Positions 28,269 to 37,454 of a stretch of 64,000 bases of DNA are shown here, piece after piece (positions within the stretch are counted from its first letter, which is position 1; each line of letters opens with the position of its first letter). A model generated the notes under the pieces. The model had not been told where the DNA came from. It made no database searches and saw only the letters and a list, made by a program, of their open reading frames with translations. The stretch lies in assembly GCA_963833505.1 (NCBI GenBank), contig CAWHYG010000007.1, positions 1,641 through 65,640 on the forward strand, read 5' to 3'. The translations under genes were made by a program, and so were the position numbers. Source of the DNA: Candidatus Eiseniibacteriota bacterium. Its GTDB lineage: Bacteria; Eisenbacteria; RBG-16-71-46; CAIMUX01.

Positions 28269-28346
28269 ACCGCGCCGGAAAGCGACAGCCATGATCGGCA
28301 CCGGGAAGCAGCGACCATGATCGGAGCGGAGAAGCAGCGTCCATGA
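28265..28346 (+). repeat. Three tandem 26-bp repeats forming a relay of three 9-codon mini-ORFs, each stop overlapping the next start as ATGA
   Basis: ATG positions 28265, 28291, 28317 and 28343 are spaced exactly 26 nt apart. Mini-ORFs encode MNRAGKRQP*, MIGTGKQRP* and MIGAEKQRP*. The upstream gene stop (TGA 28266-28268) overlaps the first ATG, and the last TGA overlaps the kinase ATG. Confidence 0.85.
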
Positions 28347-30286
28347 TCGGCACTGTGATCGACGGCGAGTACCGCGTCCTCTCCTGTCTCGGCGCGGGAG
28401 GCAGTGGCACGGCCTACCTCTGCGAGGAGATCTCCCTCGAGCGTACCGTCGTCTTGAAGATGCTCACGTCGAAGACGCTGAGCGCGGCCGCAATCGAGGC
28501 GTTCCTGGCGGAGGGACGAACCCTGGCCTCGCTCAACCACCCCAATGTCGTCGTCATCCACCGGCTCGGCCTTCACGACGGCACGCCCTACATCGTGATG
28601 GAACACATCACGGGCCCCACCCTGCGGGGTTTCCAGACAGCCCAGCGGCCGAGCCTACCGGCGGCCTTGACCGTCATGGCCCAGGTGGCGGGGGGCCTGG
28701 CCGCGATCCACCGCAAGGGGATCGTTCACCGCGACCTCTCGGCCAACAACGTGATGATCACGCGGGATGGGGTGGCGAAGATTCTCGACCTCGGCCTTTC
28801 TCGAAGCGTGCTCCCGCGGGGCACAGCGGAGGACGAAACGGCGCCGGCCGGGACGATTCCCTACCTGGCGCCAGAGGTGATTCAGGGCGCCCCAGCGACC
28901 TTCGCCAGCGACGCCTTCTCCTTTGGCATCCTCCTCTATGAGACGCTGGCCGGCGCGCATCCCTTCGGCGGAGACCACTACCTGTCCATGCTGGCCAACA
29001 TCGTCCACGCCGAGTCGGCGCCGATCGAGGTCCACCGCAGCGATCTCCCGTCCGAGCTTCGGAGCCTGGTATCAGCCTGTCTCCGCAAGGACCCGAGGGC
29101 ACGGCTCCAGGACATGAAGCACGTCGCGGAGACACTCCGGAGGGTGATCGCGACGCTCGATCCGGGGGTGGTTTCCGGCCCGGTCGAACCCTTCTTGCCC
29201 GCGCGGCGCTTTCCCGCAAGCTCCAATCCGTACCTCAACCGGGTGATGATCCAGCGGCCGGAAGACTTTTTCGGCCGCACCCAGGAGATCCGCCGCATCT
29301 TCACCCGACTCAACATCAATCCCCCCGGATCCATGGCCATCGTGGGCGACCGGCGGATCGGGAAGTCGTCGCTCCTCAATTACGTCCAACTCCCGGCGAT
29401 TCGGGAACGCCATCTGGCCAGGCCGGAACGATTCATCATGATCTTCGTCGACTTCCAGGAGCGGAGGGGGCTTGCCCTCACCTCGTTCATCCAGCTTCTG
29501 TTGGATGGCGCCGGCATGGAGCTTCGGGGCCGGATCGACATTTCCGACTGTCCGCCCGACCTGGACGGAGTCAAGACGCTGGTGCAGCGTCTCGACCGGG
29601 CCGGTTACAAGCTGGCCCTCATCCTCGACGAGTTCGAGGCCATCACCCAGAATCGGGAGTTCAACCTCGAGTTTTATTCATTCCTGCGCTACCTGGCCAA
29701 CCATTTCAACGTCGCCTACCTCACTTCTTCGACCAGGGACCTGCAGGTTCTCTGTCACACGCGGGAGATCGCCGACTCGCCGTTCTTCAACATCTTCACT
29801 CCGATGCAGCTCTCTGCGTTCAAGCGCGAGGAGGCGCTGGAGCTGATCAGCGTCCCATCCGAGAGCGTGGGGAAGCCCCTGGCCCGTTACGCGGAAGAGC
29901 TTCTGGACCTGGCCGGGATGTTCCCCTTCTTCCTCCAGATCGCATGCTCCCATGCCATCGAGTTTCTGGAGGAGCAGCCCGGCCGGAAGGAGCTCGACCT
30001 GCCGGACGTCGCGCGACGTTTTCTCCAGGAGGCCGGCCCGCACTTCCAGCACATTTGGGAGAACCTGGAACCGTATGAGCGTGCGGTGGTGAGCCGTCTG
30101 GCCCGGCGCAGCGAGGTTCCGGGCAGCCTGAAGGACGTGCTCGAGGAGCTTGGTCGGAGGCAGTACGTCCTCTTGGACGCGAGCCGCCCCCGGCTCTTCA
30201 GCTCGTGCTTCCAGAAGTTCGTGCGCACGCGGCCCGACGCCCTGCACCGGAGATTCCTGGTGAAGCGACTCTTCGGCCGATCCTGA
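28343..30286 (+). CDS. Ser/Thr protein kinase fused to a C-terminal AAA/STAND-like NTPase domain
   Basis: Kinase subdomains (GAGGSGTAY, VLKM, HRDLSANNVMI, DLGLS, PYLAPE), then ...FFGRTQEIRRIF...MAIVGDRRIGKSSLL (Walker A). This NTPase domain is paralogous to the N-terminal domain of the preceding gene. Confidence 0.85.
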   Translation: MIGTVIDGEYRVLSCLGAGGSGTAYLCEEISLERTVVLKMLTSKTLSAAAIEAFLAEGRTLASLNHPNVVVIHRLGLHDGTPYIVMEHITGPTLRGFQTAQRPSLPAALTVMAQVAGGLAAIHRKGIVHRDLSANNVMITRDGVAKILDLGLSRSVLPRGTAEDETAPAGTIPYLAPEVIQGAPATFASDAFSFGILLYETLAGAHPFGGDHYLSMLANIVHAESAPIEVHRSDLPSELRSLVSACLRKDPRARLQDMKHVAETLRRVIATLDPGVVSGPVEPFLPARRFPASSNPYLNRVMIQRPEDFFGRTQEIRRIFTRLNINPPGSMAIVGDRRIGKSSLLNYVQLPAIRERHLARPERFIMIFVDFQERRGLALTSFIQLLLDGAGMELRGRIDISDCPPDLDGVKTLVQRLDRAGYKLALILDEFEAITQNREFNLEFYSFLRYLANHFNVAYLTSSTRDLQVLCHTREIADSPFFNIFTPMQLSAFKREEALELISVPSESVGKPLARYAEELLDLAGMFPFFLQIACSHAIEFLEEQPGRKELDLPDVARRFLQEAGPHFQHIWENLEPYERAVVSRLARRSEVPGSLKDVLEELGRRQYVLLDASRPRLFSSCFQKFVRTRPDALHRRFLVKRLFGRS

Positions 30287-30296
30287 ATAATGGGTT

Positions 30297-31016
30297 CTAG
30301 CGGAACAGAGACCGGACGCGTCCCCAGGTCATGGAGCGCACCGCAGTCGGCTCGTCGACAATCAGACAGTACGCCAGGTCGGCCGGAATGCCGTAGCTCC
30401 AGTTGCAGAGCGATCCCGGGGTCCAGCGCGGATAGCCCTGGAAGGCGTCGTCCACGTACAGCTCACAACCGGTCACCACGTTGGCGCTCGTGATCACAAG
30501 TCCGGCCCAGCCGTGCTGGTCGTAGCTCCAGTTCTCCACCGCGTACCCCCCGATCGACATCGGCGATGCGATCGTGACCGCGTTGGGCAACTGGGCCGTC
30601 ACCTTGCGCACATACCAGAACGGCGGACCGCTGTTCTGCACGACTTCGACCTGCAGGGCGCTCCACGGGATCTCGAAATGGATCGAAGGCGTCATGGCGG
30701 GCGGGCAGGCCTGGTTGTAGAAATTGACGACCAGTCCTTGCGGATCCCACCACGAGGCGCAATCCCACTCCGAGACGTAAAGGATGACCTGCCTGATCAG
30801 TTTGCCATTCAGGTTGCGCGGGATGTCGTCCGCCATCTCGGTTTGGTAGTAGCTCATGGCGTTGTATGCCCACCACCGGTCTTCACCCGGCTGCTGGCAG
30901 TAGAACGGGTCGCGCTCTCCTGCCCAGCGCGCGGCCGAAGCAACCGGGCCCATGTTCCTCGCCTGGCCGGCGGCGGCGAGAAGCAGGAGCGAGAACGCAA
31001 GAGCGATGGTTTTCAT
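30297..31016 (-). CDS. Secreted hypothetical protein ending in RSMTWGRVRSLFR
   Basis: Signal peptide MKTIALAFSLLLLAAAGQA. No known domain. The extreme C-terminus is ...AVRSMTWGRVRSLFR*. Confidence 0.55.
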   Translation of the reverse strand: MKTIALAFSLLLLAAAGQARNMGPVASAARWAGERDPFYCQQPGEDRWWAYNAMSYYQTEMADDIPRNLNGKLIRQVILYVSEWDCASWWDPQGLVVNFYNQACPPAMTPSIHFEIPWSALQVEVVQNSGPPFWYVRKVTAQLPNAVTIASPMSIGGYAVENWSYDQHGWAGLVITSANVVTGCELYVDDAFQGYPRWTPGSLCNWSYGIPADLAYCLIVDEPTAVRSMTWGRVRSLFR

Positions 31017-31239
31017 GGGCTGTCCCTCCTCGTTTGGACCAGAGACCCGTTCCGTCACCAGCGCGGCTGCGACGTCCGCGACCTCAGCTACCCGGTTTCC
31101 TCTACGCCGGAGCCCGGCCTGGTGCCGGACAGAAAATGATCCGGGGTTGGCAATCCGCTCCGGTCAAACGAAGATCGCTCGCGGGATTCGGTCGCCCTTG
31201 GCGTATAGGTCCCGCCGCCGCTTGTCGATCTACCAGGCC

Positions 31240-33306
31240 TCACGTCCCGCCGATGCGGTCCTCGGCCTGCTTCTGCAACCTCTCCAGCTCACCCGGGTCC
31301 TGGCCCACACGATCGGGCGGGACCTTTGCCTCCGCGAAGCGCAGCGTCTCCAAGCAGCCCTTGGCGTCTCCCTCCTCGAGCTGGGTCCGCGCCAAGGACA
31401 GGAGAGCATCGAGGTAGTTGCGGCACATGCCCTGGGAGTCGGGATCCATGGGTACGTTCGGATCTGCGACCCCGCCGTAGCGCACCTCTTCGAGAAGTTG
31501 GGAGCGAAGGTGCTCCAGGTCACGAGCCCGCGGGTCGGTCGAGGGCACGACGCGGGCGGCCATCCCGTCCAGACGAAGGTACGGTTGAAGCCACTGAAGC
31601 TGCCACGTAGGCACCGTGTTGGCGATGTAGAGGGGACGCGTGCCCGAGCACCGGAGAAGATCGAGGACCACGAAATCCTGCGCCAGCACCCGCCCGCCCA
31701 GCTTGACCCGGATCGAGTCCGGCGGGGTGAATGAGGCTGGAAGCCCGGCCCGCATGCTCGCCCCCACCGGGATCGCCACCATCGTGTCCGGGAGGTTGGC
31801 CACGAACTCTCTGCGTCCGGGCGGCCGCTCCGTCCCGGCCAGCTCCCGCCGCCAGACCTTCGCGGCGTACTCGTCGAGGTTCGACAGCGAGAGGTTGACC
31901 ACGCCGACGTCTCGGCGCACACCCTCCGCCTCCTGCAGGTACCAGAGCGGGAAGGTATCGTTGTCGCCGTTGGTGATCAGGATGGCCCGCGGCGGCAGCG
32001 TCGCGAGCACGTCCCGTGCCGTGTTCTCGGCGAAACGGAAGCGTGAAAGGTCGCACGCCCGATGATTGGCCACCCAAGAGCTGACCGGGGTGATCACGAA
32101 AGCGGCTCCGAGGAGCACCGGCCACACCCGCGATCGCCGCGCTGATCGGGCGGCGAGAAGCGCGGTCGTCCGCCGGAAGCACGCCGCCATTCCGGCTGCT
32201 GCGAGCGGAGTGAAGAGAACCAGCGAGGGAAGGTAGTGCCGGTCCATGCCCCGAAAGTAGTGCGCGGGCAGGTTGAAATAGACGACCGCTCCCAGGCTGG
32301 AGCAGAGGAAGAGCGCCAGCACCCCGAGGAGGCGGCGCCGGTCGGCTCGGGTATGCAGGACCCAGCCGGTCACGATCAGTGCCGCAGGCAGCAGGGCAAA
32401 TGGGATCCGGCCGAAGCTCGGAAGCACGTTCTTCACGAAGAACTGCGCATAGTCCGCGAGCTGCACCCGCAGCAGGTCGGCCTGCCGGGGCAGGATCCGA
32501 AGGAGAAACCCGCCTCCCATCTGCTGCATCGACACGTAGGACCAGAGGCGCGCCAGGTTCCGGGGCTCGCCGATGTCGAGGGCCGGGCCGCGCCGTGAAA
32601 GCGGGATCAGAAGGAGCTGCAGGGCGAGCGGAATGGCGAGCCCCGCCGCCATGACGCCCCAGTTTTTCGGTCGCCGCCATACGGAGGCACGGCGCAAGGC
32701 GATCCAGAGGACCGCTCCGGGAAGGAGGAGGGAGTTCGTGCGGTGCACGCTGAAGTCAAGCCCGAGGAGGAGAAAGATCGCAAAGATCCGCCCCGGCCTG
32801 TCGGAATCCGCCGCGCACCGCCACCAGGACAGGGACGCCGCCAGAATCAGCGCCGTGAAGCACGCGGTCAGGATGTAGGGCTTGAACTGCACGGCGTGCG
32901 TCCAGATCGAGAGGCTGAAGGCGAGGGCCAGCCCGCCCAGAACGCCCGCAGCTACTTCGGGCCTTCCCGCCGGCCTGCCCTCGGGCGTGGCCAGGTCGAT
33001 GGACAGCCGGGTCACGAGGGCCGCCGTGATCGCGGCGAGCAGGGATGCGCCCAGGTTCAGCCGGAACGCCACCGGGTGAGCGAAGGGGATGTGGGCCACG
33101 AGCCAGCCGTAGAGCGTGAGCAGAAGTGATCCGGGAGGCGGCGTGACGCCGAGAGTCCAGGCCGCCAGCGAGTACTGGCTTCCTTCCCACCAGGTGATCG
33201 AGCGCGCGGCCGTGGTTGCGTAGACCACGAAGGCGCCGAGGCCGAGCGCGAGCGAAAAGAGGCCTGCTGCTCCGGTGGCTCGCCGCGGGGTTCGGACAGG
33301 CGCCAT
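31240..33306 (-). CDS. DUF2723 (TMEM260-like) polytopic membrane protein, putative glycosyltransferase-like
   Basis: ...ITWWEGSQYSLAAWTLGVTPPPGSLLLTLYGWLVAHIPF... and multiple TM helices. Probable start at Met 33306. The long ORF to 33828 is unlikely to be coding. Confidence 0.65.
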   Translation of the reverse strand: MAPVRTPRRATGAAGLFSLALGLGAFVVYATTAARSITWWEGSQYSLAAWTLGVTPPPGSLLLTLYGWLVAHIPFAHPVAFRLNLGASLLAAITAALVTRLSIDLATPEGRPAGRPEVAAGVLGGLALAFSLSIWTHAVQFKPYILTACFTALILAASLSWWRCAADSDRPGRIFAIFLLLGLDFSVHRTNSLLLPGAVLWIALRRASVWRRPKNWGVMAAGLAIPLALQLLLIPLSRRGPALDIGEPRNLARLWSYVSMQQMGGGFLLRILPRQADLLRVQLADYAQFFVKNVLPSFGRIPFALLPAALIVTGWVLHTRADRRRLLGVLALFLCSSLGAVVYFNLPAHYFRGMDRHYLPSLVLFTPLAAAGMAACFRRTTALLAARSARRSRVWPVLLGAAFVITPVSSWVANHRACDLSRFRFAENTARDVLATLPPRAILITNGDNDTFPLWYLQEAEGVRRDVGVVNLSLSNLDEYAAKVWRRELAGTERPPGRREFVANLPDTMVAIPVGASMRAGLPASFTPPDSIRVKLGGRVLAQDFVVLDLLRCSGTRPLYIANTVPTWQLQWLQPYLRLDGMAARVVPSTDPRARDLEHLRSQLLEEVRYGGVADPNVPMDPDSQGMCRNYLDALLSLARTQLEEGDAKGCLETLRFAEAKVPPDRVGQDPGELERLQKQAEDRIGGT

Positions 33307-34032
33307 GTTTTCCCCCTTGTGGATACTGAACCCGCCCCAGCGTACGTGACCCGCGCTACCAACGCCACAGCTGCGCCGCGGGGCTCGCTGCGGACGATGC
33401 GCCATGTTCTCCTGTCCGCAAACTCCTGCGAGCGGCGGCTGAGGGCACGTGGACGCATCGAGGGTAGGGGGTGCCGCCTGAGAAGGCTGAACACCTCTGC
33501 CCGCTGGAAGGCAGCGGCGCACGAAAGGCTCCGAAGGCGGACTCGGCGGGCATACTGGCTTGCGAAGACTTCGTCCGTATTCCGCGGGGCGCCGGCGAGC
33601 TGACGCCGGTGAAAGGCAAGAGGGCCGGTGAAGAACCAGACACTTCTGAGCGCAGCCGTGTTGGCTCTCGGGTTGGCGTTGGCGGGGCTTTTCATCGGTC
33701 GCGGCGTGATGCAGGGCCGCACCGCCGATTCTTGAAAGTGGGAGAGTCGCCCAGGCCCGCTGGGAAGGCCGCCGGTTTCGAGGGAGATCCGGGACCTCAT
33801 CGGCCGCATGTTGCAGGCCAATCTGCATGTCGCAGCCTGGACGAGACAGCAGGTCATCGAGACATTCCCGTCGGCCGGAGAAACAGCGTCTGGTCTGCCG
33901 GAACTGGACCGACTATCATTGGATGTGCGGGATCCGGTGATCGCTTGGACCCGCGTTCTGGCCGGTTTCACGGTCGGATGGGGTTTGTAGGATGGGCAGG
34001 TACTGTAGCGGGAATCGCGATGGAGCCACCGA

Positions 34033-36015
34033 ATGACGCGACTCCGTTCCTTGCCAGGAAGCGCAAACAGGCCAGCCAGGTATTGGCTCCTGCTGGTCTG
34101 TGGGGTCGCATTCTCGGCCTTCCAGGCCCGCGCCGCGGGATCGCCTCCGCCAGTCACGCAGGCAGCACGTTCAAGCCAGGCGACCGGCGGGGCGCCGCGA
34201 GTTCGCTCCGACCGGTCGTTGTCCGGCAACGCGCCGCGCCAGGTGCTGATTCTCTACGCCGGGGATCGACTCCTCTCCTCGAACACGCTGTTCGACGAGA
34301 GTCTTCGGCTCGCCTTCGCCCAAGGTGCCCGGGAGTCGCTGCAGTGTGACGGCGAGTTCCTCGATGAGGTGCGTTTCCCCGACGGCTACCAGGAGCGAAT
34401 GCGCGATCTGTTGCGCGCGAAGTACGCCGGTCATCCGCCCGACGTCATCGTGGCCGTCGGATCATCCAGCCTGGCGTTTTGCCTGAGGCACCGTTCCGAC
34501 GCGTTCCCCGGTGTTGAAGTCCCGATCGTCTTCGCAGTTTCGGGCGGGGATAGCGCGGCCTCCCGGAACCACAGTGTCACCGGGGTGCTCTCCAGCTTTG
34601 ACGGTCCCGCGACCTTGCGTCTGGCCCTGCGCCTCCATCCCCACACCCGGCAGGTCTTCGTGATCACGTCCGCGCGACCTGATTCGGCTGACGGCGGCCC
34701 GGAGACGATGTTGCTGAGCTCCACCTTGCACGAGGCTCCGGGCGCGCCGATTCCCTTCCCTCGACTTTCAGCGCAGCCGCTTTCCGCGCTCCTGGACACG
34801 CTGCGCCGGCTCCCCGAGAACAGCCTTGTGATCGACCTGTCGGATCCCAAGAACGCCGCAAGGCAGGGAATCCCGCTCGAGGTGGTCTCACGGCGGATTT
34901 CGGAAGCTTCGACCGCCCCCGTCTACGGCACGTTCGATCCGCTCGCCGGAGAAGGGTTCGTGGGCGCGGTGACGACGCCGCTGGAAACGGTCGGTTGGGC
35001 CACCGGCGCGATGGTCCTGAAAGTTCTCTCGCGATCGGACGCCGAGGCGCTGCCGGCCGTCGAGATGTTGGCCGCGAAGCCTCTGATCGACTGGCGCCAG
35101 CTCCGCCGCTGGGCCGGCTTGCGCCAACTCCCGCCCGACAGCGTCGTGCGCTTCCGGCCCCCCTCGTTCTGGAGGCAACACCTGCTGCTCGTCGTAACCA
35201 CCAGCGTTCTCTTTCTGCTCCAGAGCGGCCTGATCCTCTCCCTCGTCCTGCAAAGCCGGCGTCGTCATCGCGCGGAAATCGAGGTGCGCCGCCGGCGCGA
35301 GGAGCTGGCCCACATGACGCGAGTCGCCACCATGGGGGAGCTTACGGCGTCTCTCGCCCACGAGATCAACCAGCCGCTGACCGCCATTCTCAGCAACGCG
35401 CAGGCCGCTCAGCGCCTGCTCAGCAGCGGTTCCTGCCAGCTCGACGAAATCAGCGAGATCCTGACGGACATCGCGGCGGATGACCAGCGCGCGGGCGAGG
35501 TGATCCGCCGCATGCGCGCGTTGATCCGGAAGGGGGAGTTCAGCCCGACCGAGTTGGAAGTGAACGATCTGGTCGACGAAGTGATCGGACTCTTGCGCGG
35601 AGAATTGATCATCCAGAACGTCGCCCTCGCCCTCGATCTGTCCCCGCATCACCTGCCGGTGCACGGAGACCGGGTGCAGCTTCAGCAGGTCCTGCTGAAC
35701 CTGATGGTCAATGCCATGGACGCCATGAAGGATTCATCCGGCGGCATCCGCCGGCTGGTCGTGCGCACCGCCCCCTCCGGCGACCGGGCGGTCGAGGTGA
35801 GCATTCGGGACAGCGGCGTGGGTTTGCCCGCCGACCTGAGCGAGCGGGTCTTCGAGCCGCTCTTTACCACCAAGCCGCAGGGCCTGGGGCTGGGTCTGGC
35901 CATCTGCCGATCGATCATCCAGGCCCACGGCGGGCGCATCGGCTCTCGGAACAATGACGATCGGGGCGCGACCTTCTGGTTCACGCTTCCGGTGCTTGAG
36001 GAGGCGAAGTCGTGA
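34033..36015 (+). CDS. Sensor histidine kinase with periplasmic solute-binding-like sensor domain
   Basis: Signal/TM, periplasmic domain, TM (…LLVVTTSVLFLLQSGLILSLVL…), HisKA H-box ...ELTASLAHEINQPLTAI..., HATPase_c (…GVGLPADLSERVFEPLFTTKPQGLGLGLAICRSII…). Confidence 0.85.
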   Translation: MTRLRSLPGSANRPARYWLLLVCGVAFSAFQARAAGSPPPVTQAARSSQATGGAPRVRSDRSLSGNAPRQVLILYAGDRLLSSNTLFDESLRLAFAQGARESLQCDGEFLDEVRFPDGYQERMRDLLRAKYAGHPPDVIVAVGSSSLAFCLRHRSDAFPGVEVPIVFAVSGGDSAASRNHSVTGVLSSFDGPATLRLALRLHPHTRQVFVITSARPDSADGGPETMLLSSTLHEAPGAPIPFPRLSAQPLSALLDTLRRLPENSLVIDLSDPKNAARQGIPLEVVSRRISEASTAPVYGTFDPLAGEGFVGAVTTPLETVGWATGAMVLKVLSRSDAEALPAVEMLAAKPLIDWRQLRRWAGLRQLPPDSVVRFRPPSFWRQHLLLVVTTSVLFLLQSGLILSLVLQSRRRHRAEIEVRRRREELAHMTRVATMGELTASLAHEINQPLTAILSNAQAAQRLLSSGSCQLDEISEILTDIAADDQRAGEVIRRMRALIRKGEFSPTELEVNDLVDEVIGLLRGELIIQNVALALDLSPHHLPVHGDRVQLQQVLLNLMVNAMDAMKDSSGGIRRLVVRTAPSGDRAVEVSIRDSGVGLPADLSERVFEPLFTTKPQGLGLGLAICRSIIQAHGGRIGSRNNDDRGATFWFTLPVLEEAKS

Positions 36016-36125
36016 AAGAGGTCATGAAGGGGGCCGTGTGAGAGGTCGTGAAAGAGGTCGTGAAAGAGATCGTGAAAGCGGAGATGCCGTGCGGGCAATG
36101 AGGCCATGAAAGCGGCGAGGTCGTA

Positions 36126-36743
36126 GTGGCGACCGAACCGACCGTGTTCGTGATCGATGACGAGCCATCGGTCCGGAAGAGTCTGCAGCGGTTGCTGCGG
36201 GCCGCCGGCTTTCGCGTCGAGGCCTTTCCTTCGGCCCGCGAGTTCCTTGCCCAGGGCGGAGACAAAGCCTGGGGCTGCCTGGTGCTGGACATCCAGATGC
36301 CCGAGGTCAACGGCCTGGAGCTCCAGCAACTCCTCGGCGAAAAGGAGTGCGCCCTTCCCATCATCTTCATCACCGGCCACGGAGACGTCCCGACCAGCGT
36401 GCGCGCCATGAAGGCCGGCGCCATCGACTTTCTCTCGAAGCCGTTCGATCAGAAGGACCTCCTCGAGGCGGTGAACCGCGCCCTGGTCAAGGCCCGGCGC
36501 GAGACCGGAGAACAGGAGGCGGCGCACGGGGCGAGGGCCCGGCTGGCGATGCTGACACCGCGGGAGCACGAGGTGCTGCTTCAGGTGATTGCGGGGAGGA
36601 TGAACAAGCAGATCGCTGCTGACCTCGGGACCGCCGAGAAGACGATCAAGGTGCATCGTGGCCGGGTCATGCACAAGATGGGCGTCCAATCGGTCGCCGA
36701 TCTCGTCCGCCTCTGTGAAAAGGCCGGCATTAGAGTCGGTTGA
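36126..36743 (+). CDS. FixJ/NarL-type response regulator (REC + LuxR HTH)
   Basis: Receiver Asp pocket ...VFVIDDE...LVLDIQMPEVNG... and LuxR-type HTH ...NKQIAADLGTAEKTIKVHRGRVMHKMG.... Confidence 0.9.
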   Translation: MATEPTVFVIDDEPSVRKSLQRLLRAAGFRVEAFPSAREFLAQGGDKAWGCLVLDIQMPEVNGLELQQLLGEKECALPIIFITGHGDVPTSVRAMKAGAIDFLSKPFDQKDLLEAVNRALVKARRETGEQEAAHGARARLAMLTPREHEVLLQVIAGRMNKQIAADLGTAEKTIKVHRGRVMHKMGVQSVADLVRLCEKAGIRVG

Positions 36744-36760
36744 TGCCGGGGCCCCCCTGA

Positions 36761-37201
36761 GTGTCAATCTCACGGCTTTGCGACGGCCGGCGGCACCAAG
36801 GTCTCATATCGCATTCCCCTCCCACGGTCCATAGTGGCCTTGTGAACCGGACCATCTTAACAATCGTGGTCGATGACGATCCCTCCGTTTGCAAGGCGCT
36901 GCGGCGGCTTCTGCGGTCAGCCCGGATGGAGGTGGAAGCCTATGCCTCCGGCGAGAGCTTCCTGGCCGCCGTCCTTCCCCGCGAACCCGACTGTCTGATC
37001 CTCGATATCCGCATGCCGGGCATGACCGGTCCGGAGCTCCGGGACCGGCTCCAGGCCTCGGGCCGGCAGATCCCGATCGTCTTCATCACGGCCCACGCGG
37101 AGGACGAGGAAATTGCCGCCGGCAAGTCGGCCATCGTCCTGCACAAGCCTTTCGACGATCAGGCGCTGCTGGCCGCGATCGAGCAGACGGTCGGCGCCTA
37201 G
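36761..37201 (+). CDS. Single-domain response regulator (REC only)
   Basis: ...ILTIVVDDDPSVCKALRRLL...CLILDIRMPGMTG...IPIVFITAH.... The true start is probably an internal GTG/ATG near 36840. Confidence 0.7.
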   Translation: MSISRLCDGRRHQGLISHSPPTVHSGLVNRTILTIVVDDDPSVCKALRRLLRSARMEVEAYASGESFLAAVLPREPDCLILDIRMPGMTGPELRDRLQASGRQIPIVFITAHAEDEEIAAGKSAIVLHKPFDDQALLAAIEQTVGA

Positions 37202-37454
37202 CTGGCCCGCATTATTGATCCCGCGTCGACGCGCGGCCGGTCCTCCCTGGAACCTCACAAGCCCTCAACGATGCTGTTGATTCAGCCCGGCTCAGTCTTT
37301 CCGGGCTGCGCGGACCGCGCCGAGAGTACGACCAAAGGCCAATGGGGCACGCGGCTCCGACTTGCGAGGATGTCTACAGGGCTGCAAGGGGGCAAGTTGC
37401 CGTCGGGCGCGCGCCCGGAGGTTTCATGCCTCCCCCGGTGCGCCAGGAGGTCTC

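Noticed and set aside
28265-28346. Tandem 26-bp repeats as a CRISPR array or other non-coding repeat element
   Set aside because: There are only three units, no spacer/repeat alternation and no cas genes. Every unit carries an ATG in the same relative register and ends in a stop overlapping the next ATG, so it is better explained as a duplicated start region or mini-ORF relay.
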